Positions 63,301 through 64,000 of a stretch of 64,000 bases of DNA are shown here, piece after piece (positions within the stretch are counted from its first letter, which is position 1; every line of letters starts with the position of its first letter). Source of the DNA: Stegostoma tigrinum (taxonomy: Eukaryota); contig NC_081365.1 of NCBI RefSeq assembly GCF_030684315.1, positions 46,795,205 to 46,859,204 on the forward strand, read 5' to 3'. Below the pieces are notes generated by a model, which saw only the letters and a program-made list of their open reading frames with translations, was not told the origin of the DNA and made no database searches. A program made the position numbers and the translations under genes.

Positions 63301-63960
63301 GTGTAGCACATCACGGATCATCACAGTGTCCCTTTGGATAATTTAGACAACACATTTAAAAAGAATCCATAAAACTTTCTTTCCAACCATAAACGCAAAA
63401 CAGAACTGCTCACACTTGAGCTTTTCCTTCATTCCTGTTCTGTGGATATTTTTGCCTGACTTTGTGCTCCACTGTAGTGTTACCCCAGAAATGTGCATAC
63501 TTCATGGTTGATAGAATGCTGTTGATATTCGTGGCAAGACTGCAAAATGGTCTTGTAGGATACCCAGGAATCTCCTGGGCCTCAAGGGACATTCTAGATG
63601 ACTGTATGACATTAGTATGGACATTAGCAGGCTGGACTGCCTATCTGGCTGACAGGTACCAGCATTATCATTGGTGTAATAGTTTTGGTGTGATCACAAG
63701 TGCTGCTCTCCTGGGAGAGTGGGTAAATTGATGTTGTGTCGAGCTGCAGCCCCTTCTTTAGGTAGTGTTGCAGCAATTCTTGAAATCTGCTGGTGCACAT
63801 GTTGCTAGACAGCTTTGAGAGACTGCAGGTTGTTGCAGCTCCAGTGCCCACAGGTACAAAGACAGTAGTGATAGGGAACATGACAGAAAACAGACATTTC
63901 ATGGCCCCCACCTGAGATTTCAGTGCAGTGTTCAGAGGTTGGAGTGGCCTCCATTATATT

Positions 63961-64000
63961 GGAACAAAGACAAAGCTGCTGGAAAAGCTGAGCAGGTCTG
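63961..64000 (-). mobile_element. PLE terminus running off the window edge
   Basis: ggaacaaagacaaagctgctggaaaagctgagcaggtctg matches 61212-61251. Confidence 0.75.

Noticed and set aside
2035-63911. Most short ORFs in the six-frame track as host genes
   Set aside because: They are alternative frames of SINE/LINE/PLE sequence or chance 60-100 aa ORFs without recognisable domains or splice support

Overview
Repeat-dominated vertebrate genomic DNA, most likely a shark: it carries several HE1/V-SINE-like copies, CR1, Tx1 and RTE-like relics, and four families of Penelope-like elements (PLEs). The only convincing host-gene signal is a minus-strand first coding exon (17016-17097) encoding a 27-aa signal-peptide-like leader, with a TATA box inside a CpG-enriched region (~16.3-20.4 kb); I cannot identify the gene. 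The main structural theme is that most PLE insertions are head-to-head inverted pairs of 3' ends, from ~170-bp hairpins to a very young 2.3-kb palindrome (25488-27831, 835-bp arms that look identical by eye, intact RT-thumb/GIY-YIG frame). One arm carries a ~35-40 nt tail and the other stops short of it, often with 9-17 bp target-site duplications, and the 3' ends carry minimal hammerhead-ribozyme motifs. There are also three local inverted duplications that look templated, and a LINE whose 5' region matches the body of a resident SINE. All coordinates and alignments were read by eye; element boundaries are approximate unless a TSD is quoted, and family names come from motif recognition, not database searches.
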